Shown one piece after another: positions 9,766-19,586 of a stretch of 64,000 nt of DNA. The stretch is taken from NCBI GenBank assembly GCA_003142375.1, contig PLME01000020.1, forward strand, positions 42,765 to 106,764. The letters run 5' to 3'. The number at the start of each line of letters is the position of its first letter. The stretch's first letter is position 1. Under the pieces are notes generated by a model, which saw only the letters and a program-made list of their open reading frames with translations, was not told where the DNA came from and did no database searches. A program made the translations under genes and the position numbers. Origin of the DNA: Dehalococcoidia bacterium (GTDB lineage Bacteria > Chloroflexota > Dehalococcoidia > GIF9 > UBA5629).

Positions 9766-9936
9766 TTACCTGTGCCTTCAACATGCGCTATACCAATAAA
9801 AAAATGCCTTGAGTCTCAAAGCACGATGATATATAATATCATTCCGACAGGTGACGTACAACCTTGAAAGGCCCACCTGTATTTTCCTATATGATCATCT
9901 TTTCTATTCAAATATTCCGGGTTAAAGGAGCTTAAT

Positions 9937-10989
9937 ATGATCAAAACGCGCATGACTGAACTTTTCGGTTGCAAACGTCCGATCATGCTGGCGGGCATGA
10001 ACTGGGTTACCACGCCTGAACTGGTGGCATCTGTATGCAACGCCGGCGGGTTGGGTATATTGGCCACCGCCAGGTGCACGCCAGAGGAAACCAGGAAGTA
10101 TATCCGTGAAATCAGGAGCCTGACGGATAAACCCTTCGGCATCAATCAGCTTTTGATTCTGGGCCAGGTTGCCAAGGATACTATCGATGTAGCTGTCGAA
10201 GAGAAGGTGCCCGTGATCAACTACACACTGGGAAAGCCCTGGTTCATCGACCGGGTGCATGCCTACGGCGGAAAGGTCATCGGGACCACAGCCTTCGTAA
10301 AACATGCTCTCAAGGCGGAACAGCTGGGATGCGATGCCATCGTGGTAACTGGCGCGGAAGCGGCGGCGCACGGCGAAGAAGCTACCACGCTGGTCATGCT
10401 GCCCATCGTCGCCAGCAAGGTCAAAATCCCTATCATATCGGCAGGCGGTTACAGCGATGGCCGGGGGCTGGCTGCAGCCCTGGCCCTGGGCGCCAGCGCG
10501 GTTTCCATGGGAACACGCTTCGCTCTAACCAAGGAAAGCATTGTGCATGAAGCCTTCAAACAGCTCTGCCTCCAAGGCAGCGAGAACGATACTATAGTCA
10601 GCGATAAATTCGACGGCATGCGCGGCCGTGCACTGAAGACACCTGTGACTGAAAAGATGGCCAAAGGCGGTTTCCCCGTAGCGGACGCCTTCAGAGGCGC
10701 TTATGATATCAAAACGATGCTGAACCTTAACTGGTTCCAGTTCATGGGCATGGGCTTCAAGATGATGGCCTCAGACGAGGACCATCCTATGTGGGTGCTT
10801 GCCCGCCAGGCGGCCGGCAACCTGCGCCACACCAAGGCCCTATACAACGGCGACACCAAGGAGGGTATCTTCTTCGCAGGACAGGTAATCGGATCCTGCA
10901 GTGACCTCCCCACCGTAGCCGAACTCATCGACCGGGTCATGGCCGAAGCCGAAGCAACCATTAGAAAGAACAATTCGATGTTGGCCTGA
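9937..10989 (+). CDS. Nitronate monooxygenase / FabK-like FMN oxidoreductase (paralog 1)
   Basis: MTELFGCKRPIMLAGM...NAGGLGIL and the ISAGGYSDGRGLAAALALGASAVSMGTRF motifs are typical of NMO (2-nitropropane dioxygenase) TIM-barrel proteins. Confidence 0.85.
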   Translation: MIKTRMTELFGCKRPIMLAGMNWVTTPELVASVCNAGGLGILATARCTPEETRKYIREIRSLTDKPFGINQLLILGQVAKDTIDVAVEEKVPVINYTLGKPWFIDRVHAYGGKVIGTTAFVKHALKAEQLGCDAIVVTGAEAAAHGEEATTLVMLPIVASKVKIPIISAGGYSDGRGLAAALALGASAVSMGTRFALTKESIVHEAFKQLCLQGSENDTIVSDKFDGMRGRALKTPVTEKMAKGGFPVADAFRGAYDIKTMLNLNWFQFMGMGFKMMASDEDHPMWVLARQAAGNLRHTKALYNGDTKEGIFFAGQVIGSCSDLPTVAELIDRVMAEAEATIRKNNSMLA

Positions 10990-11014
10990 TCCCCACTAAT
11001 AAATTAGAGGATAT

Positions 11015-11050
11015 AAAAGTGGGGAGCGCTATAAAGCGCTCCCCACTTTT
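11015..11050. terminator. Bidirectional intrinsic terminator
   Basis: Perfect hairpin aaaagtggggagcgct-ataa-agcgctccccactttt between convergent genes. Confidence 0.85.
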
Positions 11051-11066
11051 ATTAAACTAATATAGG

Positions 11067-12059
11067 CTATGCGTTGTGAAAGCGTTTCTGCGCCTTGTTC
11101 AACAGCTCTTCCGCTTGCTTGACCATCCCCTCCACCAATTCCTTGCAGCTTACGACATTATGTATCAGGCCGATGGACTGGCCAACCGGAAGCAATCCGG
11201 CCTGTATGTCGCCGTCATCCCAGATCGCCGTCTGCCTTAGACCCATGAGAAAAGGAGCGATTTCCTCAAGCTTGGCATGCCTGGACTCCATTTCCAGGAT
11301 ATTCTTGATCACTTCGTTTTTCATGGCCCGGCCCTGCAATTCAATGGTTTTACCATACAGGACCGTGTCGAATTCCTGCCGCACCACCAGTTCGTCTTTA
11401 ACTTTGGAGTTCATGCGGCATTCTTTGGTTGCCATGAACCTGGATGCCATCATAACGCCCTCGGCGCCCAGCATGAGGGCCGCCGCCAGCCCTCTGCCGT
11501 CGGCAATGCCCCCCGTAGTAATGACGGGTATTTTTACCGATTCGGCCATCCGAGGCGTGAGCACCATGGTTGTTACATCATCGTTGAGGGGATGACCCCC
11601 TTCCTCCACGCCGGCAGCTATGACCGCATCGTAGCCGGCATGCTCCGCATGTATGGCATGCCTGACGGAACCAACCTTATGTATGAGCTTGGTCCCGGCA
11701 TCATGTATGCGTTTGACCGCATCCGGGCCGAAAAATTTGTCGACAGGTGCGCCGGAGATCTCGAAGGCCGCTACTTTCTCTGCCAGGCAGGCATCCAGCC
11801 AGCCGTTATACATCTCTTTAGTTATGCGAAAAGAGGGCAGTAGCGATAGGTTTACAGAAAACGGCTTATCAGTCATCTCCCGGGTTTTCCTGATCGCCTG
11901 GCGCAATTCCTCACCCGAATTGTAGTTGGCAGCCGTAATGTTGCCCAGTGCGCCTGCATTGCAGACCGCAGCACACAGGTCAGGCTTGCACAGCCACATC
12001 ATACCTCCACACATAATCGGATATTTGATACCGAACAGCTCGGTCATCCTGGTTCTCAT
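11067..12059 (-). CDS. Nitronate monooxygenase / FabK-like FMN oxidoreductase (paralog 2)
   Basis: Has the same NMO motifs (MTELFGIKYPIMCGGM, TTGGIADGRGLAAALMLGAEGVMMASRF). The start is moved to the ATG at 12059, which has AGGAGG 5 nt upstream. Confidence 0.85.
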   Translation of the reverse strand: MRTRMTELFGIKYPIMCGGMMWLCKPDLCAAVCNAGALGNITAANYNSGEELRQAIRKTREMTDKPFSVNLSLLPSFRITKEMYNGWLDACLAEKVAAFEISGAPVDKFFGPDAVKRIHDAGTKLIHKVGSVRHAIHAEHAGYDAVIAAGVEEGGHPLNDDVTTMVLTPRMAESVKIPVITTGGIADGRGLAAALMLGAEGVMMASRFMATKECRMNSKVKDELVVRQEFDTVLYGKTIELQGRAMKNEVIKNILEMESRHAKLEEIAPFLMGLRQTAIWDDGDIQAGLLPVGQSIGLIHNVVSCKELVEGMVKQAEELLNKAQKRFHNA

Positions 12060-12240
12060 GACAGCCTCCTTGGCAAACAACTTATAACAATTTGTGATAT
12101 TATATCATGGTGAGCGTACAAAAACAATCAAAAAGGCTTAATGCAAGAGCCTTAATATTATATTATTTTTCATTGACAACGAATTAGGGTTTTGAGAACA
12201 TTACGCTTCGACCCGCATTAAATAACGGAGGTTCCCGACC

Positions 12241-13269
12241 ATGAAGACAAGAATTACCGAACTCCTTGGAATTAAGCATCCCATCGTCCTCTCAGGAATG
12301 GCCTTTGTCAGCCTGCCCGAACTTGTGGCGGCTGTCAGTAACGCAGGAGGGCTGGGTATTTTCAACAGCGTAGCCAACACGCCGGACCAACTAAAAGGAA
12401 TTATACAACAGATAAAGTCACTGACCGATAAGCCTTTTGCTATCAACGCCACTCTGATATTCCCCAACGGCAAGGAAAACGCCGAGGTTGCCCTGGCTGA
12501 GAAAGCTCCCATTATCAACTTCGCACTGGGAAAAGGCGATTGGATCATCAAAGGGGCACACGCCTACGGAGGCAAGGTCATATCTACCGTTGCTACGGAA
12601 CGTCATGCCATCAGGGCTTCGGAACAGGGAGCGGATGCCCTAATCGTCACAGGCCACGAGGCCGCCGCGCACGGCAGCGATGTGGGAGGATTGGTGCTGC
12701 TTCCCCAGATCGCCAGCAAGGTGAAGACACCAATAATTTCGGCGGGCGGCTATTGCGATGGACGTGGATTGGCGGCAGCGCTGGCCCTGGGCGCTGATGC
12801 TATTGCTATGGGCACGCGTTTTGTCTTAACACAAGAGTGCACCGTACATCCCCACATTAAACAGGTGGCCTTGAAAACCACTATGGAAGAGACTATATAT
12901 TCGGCTGGCATCGACGGCCTTCCCGGCCGCTGGTACAGCAATAAACGGGCTTTGGAAATGGCAAAAGGCAAGACATCCTACATCGAGGCCATGAAAGCAG
13001 GATGGGCACTGCGTAAACAGGTAGACATCCCCATCTGGAAACTGCTATTCGGCAGCCTGCAGAAAAGGGGCGTCACAGAGCTGGCCCGGCAGGCTATCGG
13101 CATCGATGCACTGGGCAAAGTGCTGAATGACGGAGATCTCGACAACGGGGTCGTGCCCTTCGGACAGGTGGTAGGTCGCATCGAAAGTCTGGCTACCTGC
13201 AAAGAAGTCATCGAAAGTATTGTGGCCGAAGCCGAGGCAGTTATTCGGTCGCTTCAGGGCAAAGTATAG
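12241..13269 (+). CDS. Nitronate monooxygenase / FabK-like FMN oxidoreductase (paralog 3)
   Basis: Carries ITELLGIKHPIVLSGM, NAGGLGIF and ISAGGYCDGRGLAAALALGADAIAMGTRF. A GGAGG lies upstream of the ATG. Confidence 0.85.
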   Translation: MKTRITELLGIKHPIVLSGMAFVSLPELVAAVSNAGGLGIFNSVANTPDQLKGIIQQIKSLTDKPFAINATLIFPNGKENAEVALAEKAPIINFALGKGDWIIKGAHAYGGKVISTVATERHAIRASEQGADALIVTGHEAAAHGSDVGGLVLLPQIASKVKTPIISAGGYCDGRGLAAALALGADAIAMGTRFVLTQECTVHPHIKQVALKTTMEETIYSAGIDGLPGRWYSNKRALEMAKGKTSYIEAMKAGWALRKQVDIPIWKLLFGSLQKRGVTELARQAIGIDALGKVLNDGDLDNGVVPFGQVVGRIESLATCKEVIESIVAEAEAVIRSLQGKV

Positions 13270-13396
13270 TTAAATGAGGCGGTAAGGTTGGTGCCATAAG
13301 AATTGACCTCTGTTCGAGCGTATTAATCGAATATGCTAATATTGTATTGAACTGTAATGCCGTTTAACTGTACGTATTAGTAACAAGGAGCTCAAA

Positions 13397-16123
13397 ATGG
13401 TGACGGGTTTGGATGACAAGAGCATTGAGAAATACTCGGTTACAGTTGCTCTAAAAGATGGCTCCAGCTTGATCCTTCGCCCTATTCAATTATCCGACGA
13501 GGAGAAATTGCTGGGGCTCTTCAACCGTTTAAGCAAGCAGACTATGTACCTGCGCTTCCATCACGTCCTCAATAACATCACGCGTGAGGAGGCACACCGG
13601 TTCTGCGCGGTAGACTATTTCAATACATTTGCACTGGTCTGTACCCTGGGCGAAGACGAAGATGAGAAAATTATCGCGGTGGGACACTATGCCCGCCAAC
13701 CCGGCGCCGAACGGGCTCAAATCGCCTTCGAAGTTGAAGATAAGTTTCAGGGACTGGGGATCGGCACGCATCTATTGGACCAGCTTGCCAATGTGGCCAG
13801 GGATAAGGGCATCACCAACTTCGAAGCGGAAGTGCTGGCTGAGAATAAAGACATGATGAATATTCTCATTAACAGCGGCTTCAAGATGCATCGCATGTAC
13901 CAAGGATCGACCTATGTCGGCATACTTGATCTGGCCCCGACTGAAATAGTGGAGCAGAAATCGTTCGAGCGCGAGAGGGTATCCTCCGTAGCATCTCTAC
14001 GGGCATTCCTGAATCCCAAGTCCGTAGCTGTCATCGGTGCTTCACGCCGGCGCAACACCATCGGCAATTTTGTCTTCCGCAATCTTATCCAGCAGGATTT
14101 TAAAGGTGTTGTATACCCGGTCAACCCATTCGCCGAAGTAATCGCAGCCGTAAAGGCCTATCCCTCAGTTCTTGCCATACCGGGAGACATCGACCTTGCC
14201 ATTATCTCTGTCCCGCAGGAACATGTGCAGCAGGTCGCCGAGGAATGTGCCCGCAAAGGTGTCAAGGGCATGATCGTTATGACCTCCGGATTTTCCGATG
14301 CAGGGTCTGAAGGAGCCGAAAGTGAGCACAAGCTTTTAAAGACCGTTCGCAGCTATGGCATACGTATGCTGGGACCAAACTGCATGGGCATCATTAATAC
14401 CAACCCTGAAATAAACCTTAACGCTACTTTTTCCAATGTGTTCCCTCCTCACGGGACAATTGCCTTCGCCTCGGAAAGCGGCGTGCTGGGTTCGGCCATC
14501 CTCATGTATGCTACCAACTTAAACATCGGCCTCTCCACGTTTGTCAGTATCGGTAACCGCTCCGATATATCCAGCAATGAGCTGCTGCAATACTGGGAAG
14601 GGGACCCTGATACCAACGTAGTCCTTCTTTATCTGGAATCGTTCGGCAACCCCCGTAAGTTTACTAGGGTCTCCCGCAGCATCACTTCCAAAAAGCCTGT
14701 CGTGGCAGTAACAGGAGACCGTATTGCACACCAGATCAGGTCCATAACTTCGCAGACCGGCGCTATGGCCTCCGACCAGGCTGCCACGGACGCCCTTTTC
14801 AAACAGGCGGGTATATTGCGCGTTAATACGCTGGCGGAACTCTTCGACACCGGCAGCGTGCTTGCCAATCAACCACTGCCAGCCGGCAACCGGGTTGCCA
14901 TCATCTCCAACGCCGGCGGACCTGCCCTGTTGACCGCCGATGCCTGCAAGATCAAGGGGCTGGATATGACCAAGCTTTCCGAATATACGCTGGCTAGGCT
15001 GACCACCATCCTATCCCCCAAGGCCATTATTTCCAACCCCATAGATACCTCGCCCGAATATACTATCGACCAATACCGGGAGGCGCTCCGCTTGCTTCTG
15101 GACGATGAAAATGTGGACATAGTAATTGCCATTTTCATACCTCCGATACTGGAGCTTTCCGACGAATTTGCGTCGGTTATCCGTGAAATTGCGCCCCTTT
15201 ACCGTCACTTCGGCAAGCCGCTGATAACCTCCTTCCTCGGCCTGAGCGGTGAGAGGGTTGAGCTGGGCTCCAAAGAGAAGGGATACGTACCTTCTTTTGC
15301 CTTCCCCGAGGCAACAGCCGGTGCATTATCCCGGGCATTTGAATTCAGCCAGCGATTGAAAAAACCGGTCGGTAAAATCCCTGAATTCCCCGATATCGAC
15401 AAGGAACGCGCTGAATATCTGATTAAGTCGGCCCTGGAGAAATCGGATAACAACCAGGTGTGGCTGAATGCAGAGCAAATTACAGGCCTGCTCGAATGCT
15501 ACGGAATAAAAATGGTCACGCTGAAACTGGCTACGACAGCGGCAGAAGCTGTGGAGGCAGCCGAAGAGATAGGCTGCCCGGTGGCAATTAAAATTCTATC
15601 TTCAGCCGTCTCACAAAAGATGGAACTGGAAGGAGTTATACTCGATTGCCGGGCCGGAAATGAGGTGGAAGACGCCTTCAACCGCATCAGCGATAATATG
15701 GAAAACATAGGCAAGAAGGAACAGATGGACGGCGTGATCGTCCAGAAAATGGTGCAGGGAGGCATAGAGGTTATCGTCGGCGTTACGCAGCACCCCGCCT
15801 TCGGCCCTCTGATCATGTTCGGCCTTGGGGGCATTTATACGGAGTTGCTCAAAGATGTAACCTTTAACATCAACCCGCTCACCGATATCGATGCACATGA
15901 GATGCTCAGGGCGGTGAAAGCCTACCAGATGCTGGAAGGGTGGAAAGGCTCAAAGCGCGCCGACATTGAATCCATCGAGGAACTGCTTCTGCGTGTTTCC
16001 ACCATGATCGTAAACCATCCTCAAATTGTGGAGATGGACCTCAACCCGGTTAAGGTGTTGCCGGAAGGCAACGGGTATCAGGTTATCGACAGCCGCATCC
16101 TGATAAGCGCTTATACTGAATAG
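13397..16123 (+). CDS. GNAT acetyltransferase fused to NDP-forming acyl-CoA synthetase (CoA-binding + ligase-CoA + ATP-grasp); Pat/PatA-like protein acetyltransferase candidate
   Basis: The N-terminal GNAT has QGLGIGTHLL. It is followed by a CoA-binding domain (VAVIGASRR), GPNCMG, and a C-terminal ATP-grasp (GCPVAIKILS...). Total length is 908 aa. Confidence 0.8.
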   Translation: MVTGLDDKSIEKYSVTVALKDGSSLILRPIQLSDEEKLLGLFNRLSKQTMYLRFHHVLNNITREEAHRFCAVDYFNTFALVCTLGEDEDEKIIAVGHYARQPGAERAQIAFEVEDKFQGLGIGTHLLDQLANVARDKGITNFEAEVLAENKDMMNILINSGFKMHRMYQGSTYVGILDLAPTEIVEQKSFERERVSSVASLRAFLNPKSVAVIGASRRRNTIGNFVFRNLIQQDFKGVVYPVNPFAEVIAAVKAYPSVLAIPGDIDLAIISVPQEHVQQVAEECARKGVKGMIVMTSGFSDAGSEGAESEHKLLKTVRSYGIRMLGPNCMGIINTNPEINLNATFSNVFPPHGTIAFASESGVLGSAILMYATNLNIGLSTFVSIGNRSDISSNELLQYWEGDPDTNVVLLYLESFGNPRKFTRVSRSITSKKPVVAVTGDRIAHQIRSITSQTGAMASDQAATDALFKQAGILRVNTLAELFDTGSVLANQPLPAGNRVAIISNAGGPALLTADACKIKGLDMTKLSEYTLARLTTILSPKAIISNPIDTSPEYTIDQYREALRLLLDDENVDIVIAIFIPPILELSDEFASVIREIAPLYRHFGKPLITSFLGLSGERVELGSKEKGYVPSFAFPEATAGALSRAFEFSQRLKKPVGKIPEFPDIDKERAEYLIKSALEKSDNNQVWLNAEQITGLLECYGIKMVTLKLATTAAEAVEAAEEIGCPVAIKILSSAVSQKMELEGVILDCRAGNEVEDAFNRISDNMENIGKKEQMDGVIVQKMVQGGIEVIVGVTQHPAFGPLIMFGLGGIYTELLKDVTFNINPLTDIDAHEMLRAVKAYQMLEGWKGSKRADIESIEELLLRVSTMIVNHPQIVEMDLNPVKVLPEGNGYQVIDSRILISAYTE

Positions 16124-16125
16124 CG

Positions 16126-16791
16126 TCAATACGTCGATACGTTCAGTTCTTCCATTTTTCCGGTAACCATAAAGACAACCCGCTCGCAAATATTGGTTAC
16201 CCTATCCCCTGTACGTTCCAGGTTATGGGCCACCCACATAAGCCTGGTGGCACGTGTTATGCTGCGAGGGTCTTCCATCATAAAGGTCAGCAATTCACGA
16301 AATACCTGGTCGTAAAGATTATCTATTTCGTCATCCTCGGCAACAATTTTCCTGGCAATTTCGGCATCATGAGCGATAAAGGCATCCAGGCTTCTGTGCA
16401 GCATGCTTATGGTCTTTTCATTCATGCGCGGCAAGTCTATTAACGGCTTTAGCGGAGGCTCGTTTCCTACCATTATGGCTATTTTGGCATTGCCGGCCGC
16501 ATGATCGGCCATGCGTTCGAGGTCAGTGACAATGGAGAGCGTGGCCAGCAAAATCCTCAAATCGCTTGCCATGGGCGCCTGTGTAGCGATCAAATCAAGA
16601 GCCCTCTCCTCTATTTCGAAACGCTTTTTATCCACATTTATATCATCTGCCACCACCTTGCCGGCCAATACCAGGTCGCGGTCCTTTAAGGCTTGCATGG
16701 ACCAGTCCAACGCTTTTTCGACCATACTGCCCATAACCAGGACTTCATCCTGTATCTCACGTAAATTCCTCTGGTATGTCTCCCTGGGCAT
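16126..16791 (-). CDS. phoU: Phosphate signalling complex protein PhoU
   Basis: 221 aa with a duplicated PhoU helical repeat carrying E/D..D motifs (DLERMADHA, NLERTGDRVTN). It is adjacent to pstB. Confidence 0.9.
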   Translation of the reverse strand: MPRETYQRNLREIQDEVLVMGSMVEKALDWSMQALKDRDLVLAGKVVADDINVDKKRFEIEERALDLIATQAPMASDLRILLATLSIVTDLERMADHAAGNAKIAIMVGNEPPLKPLIDLPRMNEKTISMLHRSLDAFIAHDAEIARKIVAEDDEIDNLYDQVFRELLTFMMEDPRSITRATRLMWVAHNLERTGDRVTNICERVVFMVTGKMEELNVSTY

Positions 16792-16802
16792 GTTAACCTC
16801 CT

Positions 16803-17636
16803 TTAACCGAAGCGTCCCGTTATATAGTCCTCAGTCCTTTTATCGTGCGGTATGCTGAATAATTCCTTGGTAGGCGCAAATTCTATCAACTCACCCAGTA
16901 AAAGGAAACCCGTGAAGTCCGAAACGCGGGCTGCCTGCTGCATGTTGTGCGTTACTATAACGACCGTATAGTCTTTTTTTATCTCCAGCATCAGTTCCTC
17001 GATTTTCAGTGTCGAGATAGGATCGAGGGCGGAGCAGGGTTCGTCGAGCAATAATATTTCCGGCTCAATCGCGATAGCGCGTGCAATGCAGAGACGTTGC
17101 TGCTGGCCGCCCGACAAGGAAACTCCGGACCGGTTAAGCTTGTCCTTCACTTCCTCCCACAGTGCAGCCTTCTTGAGGCTATGTTCGACCAGCTCCTGCA
17201 GCTCGCCTTTTCTGGACCATAAACGCGTCAGGTTTATACCTGAAGCCACATTGTCGAAAATCGACATGGTGGGGAAGGCTGTGGGTTTCTGAAAGACCAT
17301 GCCTATGCGGCGGCGTACGCTGACGGCATCCACATCCTTGCCATATATATCCCTGCCGTCCAATAAAACCTGGCCCGAGACCTTTCCCCCATCAGATACT
17401 TCGTGCATCCTGTTCATGCAGCGAATGAGCGTAGACTTCCCGCAGCCGGATGGACCGATCAAGGCAGTGATAGCCTGTGCTTTAATTTTCATACTTATTT
17501 CATTTACGGCTTTCATCTTGCCATACCATGCGCTGAGCCTCACCACTTCCAGCATGTACCTGCTCTTGTCTCGAGCATATAACGGTTTTTCTGTTGTGGA
17601 GCGGCCGGTAATGTTATTCGTCATTTCGTACAGCAT
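16803..17636 (-). CDS. pstB: Phosphate ABC transporter ATP-binding protein PstB
   Basis: Has Walker [10 protein letters not shown], signature [14 protein letters not shown], Walker [13 protein letters not shown] and the PstB-typical C-terminal [10 protein letters not shown]. Confidence 0.95.
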   Translation of the reverse strand: MLYEMTNNITGRSTTEKPLYARDKSRYMLEVVRLSAWYGKMKAVNEISMKIKAQAITALIGPSGCGKSTLIRCMNRMHEVSDGGKVSGQVLLDGRDIYGKDVDAVSVRRRIGMVFQKPTAFPTMSIFDNVASGINLTRLWSRKGELQELVEHSLKKAALWEEVKDKLNRSGVSLSGGQQQRLCIARAIAIEPEILLLDEPCSALDPISTLKIEELMLEIKKDYTVVIVTHNMQQAARVSDFTGFLLLGELIEFAPTKELFSIPHDKRTEDYITGRFG

Positions 17637-17671
17637 GGGATTTCACAATTCCTCTCGTTCATTCCTGATCA

Positions 17672-18514
17672 TTACATAGATTTACGCCTGCTGACCGTGC
17701 GTACCACGATATTTATGCCCAGTACCAGTATCATAAGCAAAAATGCAGCCGCCCAAGCCTGCTGCTGCCAGTCCGGATAGGGCGACAATGCATAGCGGTA
17801 TATCTGTAAAGGCAACGCACCTATAGGCTGGTTGAGCCCCTGCACGCCGAAGGCGCTGCCCAGCGCCGTGAAGATAAGCGGAGCGGTTTCTCCTGCTATG
17901 CGTGCGACCGCCAGCATTATACCGGTAATAATTCCAGTAAGGGCGCCCGGCATTATCACTCCCAATACCGCCCTCCAGCGGTTGATGCCCAGAGCCAGGG
18001 CAGCTTCCCTCATAGAATTTGGTACCAGACGCATCGCTTCCTCAGCCGTGCGTGCTACTACCGGGATCATTATTATCGCCAATGCCACACCCGCCGACAG
18101 CGCTGAGTAGCTATGCATGGGACGCACCAGTAAAGCATAGGCAAATACGCCCACCACAATGGAAGGAACCCCGGCCAGGATATCCGCTATAAACCGGACT
18201 ACTGATGCAACAGCCGGTGAGCCGAACTCGGCCAGATATATGCCGGCCATCAGGCCGACAGGCAATGCAATGAGCGAAGCCAGACCCACCAGGATAAAAG
18301 TGCCGTAAATTTCATCCCGCATGCCACCGCCAACCTCACCCACAGGTTTGGATACATTGGTCAGGAAATCTATATTAAAGTAGCTGATGCCGTTGGCAAT
18401 GGTATAGCCAACTATCAGGGCAAGAATCAAGATGCACAGTCCCGCTGCGCACCCGCAGAGTATCAACATTATGCGGTTGGTCCATTTGCGCCGTAAAGAG
18501 CCGCTTTCAGACAT
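17672..18514 (-). CDS. pstA: Phosphate ABC transporter permease PstA
   Basis: Multi-TM permease with the EAA-like loop (REAALALGINRWR), in pst operon context. Confidence 0.9.
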   Translation of the reverse strand: MSESGSLRRKWTNRIMLILCGCAAGLCILILALIVGYTIANGISYFNIDFLTNVSKPVGEVGGGMRDEIYGTFILVGLASLIALPVGLMAGIYLAEFGSPAVASVVRFIADILAGVPSIVVGVFAYALLVRPMHSYSALSAGVALAIIMIPVVARTAEEAMRLVPNSMREAALALGINRWRAVLGVIMPGALTGIITGIMLAVARIAGETAPLIFTALGSAFGVQGLNQPIGALPLQIYRYALSPYPDWQQQAWAAAFLLMILVLGINIVVRTVSRRKSM

Positions 18515-18517
18515 AGC

Positions 18518-19495
18518 TTACTCTCCCGTATTCCTGACTGACACCATCCGCCATACCATCAGCCTGGCTATAATATTGACCAGCAAAGTTATGCCAAAAA
18601 GCACCAGGGCCAGCTCCACCAGGCTGCCTATATAAAGATCACCTGAAGCCTCGCTGAACTCGCTGGCAATTTTACTGGCAATGGTAACGCCCGGGGAAAA
18701 CAAAGATGACGTCAATGCATATGAGTTTCCAATCACCATGGTAACCGCCATCGTCTCTCCCAGTGCACGACCAAGGCCTAGAATTATTGCTCCCACCAGC
18801 CCGGAACGGCAATATGGCAGGACCGTTCGATAAATCGTCTCCCAGCGAGTAGCCCCCAGGGCGTACATAGCCTCACGTTGAGTAATGGGTACGGCGCGCA
18901 TTACATCCCGGCTGACAGCCGTGATGATAGGTATTACCATTATAGCCAGGATAATACCCGCCGCCAGAAAGCCCAAGCCAAAGGGCGGCCCTTGAAACAG
19001 CGGAAGAAAACCCAGGTGGCTGCCCAGCCATCCTTCGATGGGGCTCCTGATAAAAGGCACTAAAACAAAAATCCCCCATAAACCGATGATCACGCTGGGT
19101 ATGGCGGCAAGCATCTCTATGAGAAAGGAGGCAGGCTCCCTTATCCAGGCCGGCGCCAGCTCGGACAAAAACACTGCCGATCCTATACTGATGGGAACAG
19201 CAATGATGAGGGCGATAATGGAGCTTAGCAGCGTGCCGTAAATGGCTGGAAGCGCACCGAACAGCTCCTGGACAGGATCCCAGTCCATGCTTGTCAGGAA
19301 GGAAGTCCCGAATTTCTGGATGGCCGGCATGGCGTCTACATTCAGGACTATCAGCAGGGCTACCAGTATTACTACGATAATCAGGGCAAAAATAAAGGTC
19401 AGGTACAGGAAAATTTTATCGCCCAAACGCCCGCGGCGGCCGCTCCAGTCCTTCACGGCTATAGACGATGTCGTCGCCGAATCACTGCACTTCAT
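18518..19495 (-). CDS. pstC: Phosphate ABC transporter permease PstC
   Basis: Multi-TM permease with the EAA loop (REAMYALGATRWE), in pst operon context. Confidence 0.9.
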   Translation of the reverse strand: MKCSDSATTSSIAVKDWSGRRGRLGDKIFLYLTFIFALIIVVILVALLIVLNVDAMPAIQKFGTSFLTSMDWDPVQELFGALPAIYGTLLSSIIALIIAVPISIGSAVFLSELAPAWIREPASFLIEMLAAIPSVIIGLWGIFVLVPFIRSPIEGWLGSHLGFLPLFQGPPFGLGFLAAGIILAIMVIPIITAVSRDVMRAVPITQREAMYALGATRWETIYRTVLPYCRSGLVGAIILGLGRALGETMAVTMVIGNSYALTSSLFSPGVTIASKIASEFSEASGDLYIGSLVELALVLFGITLLVNIIARLMVWRMVSVRNTGE

Positions 19496-19586
19496 TTATT
19501 ATCCAGTTTTTTACTATAGCTAGTGTAAACGGAATATGCAGGAGAGGAAAATTCCCCTGCATAACCGGTTGATTTAATCTTAAAGC

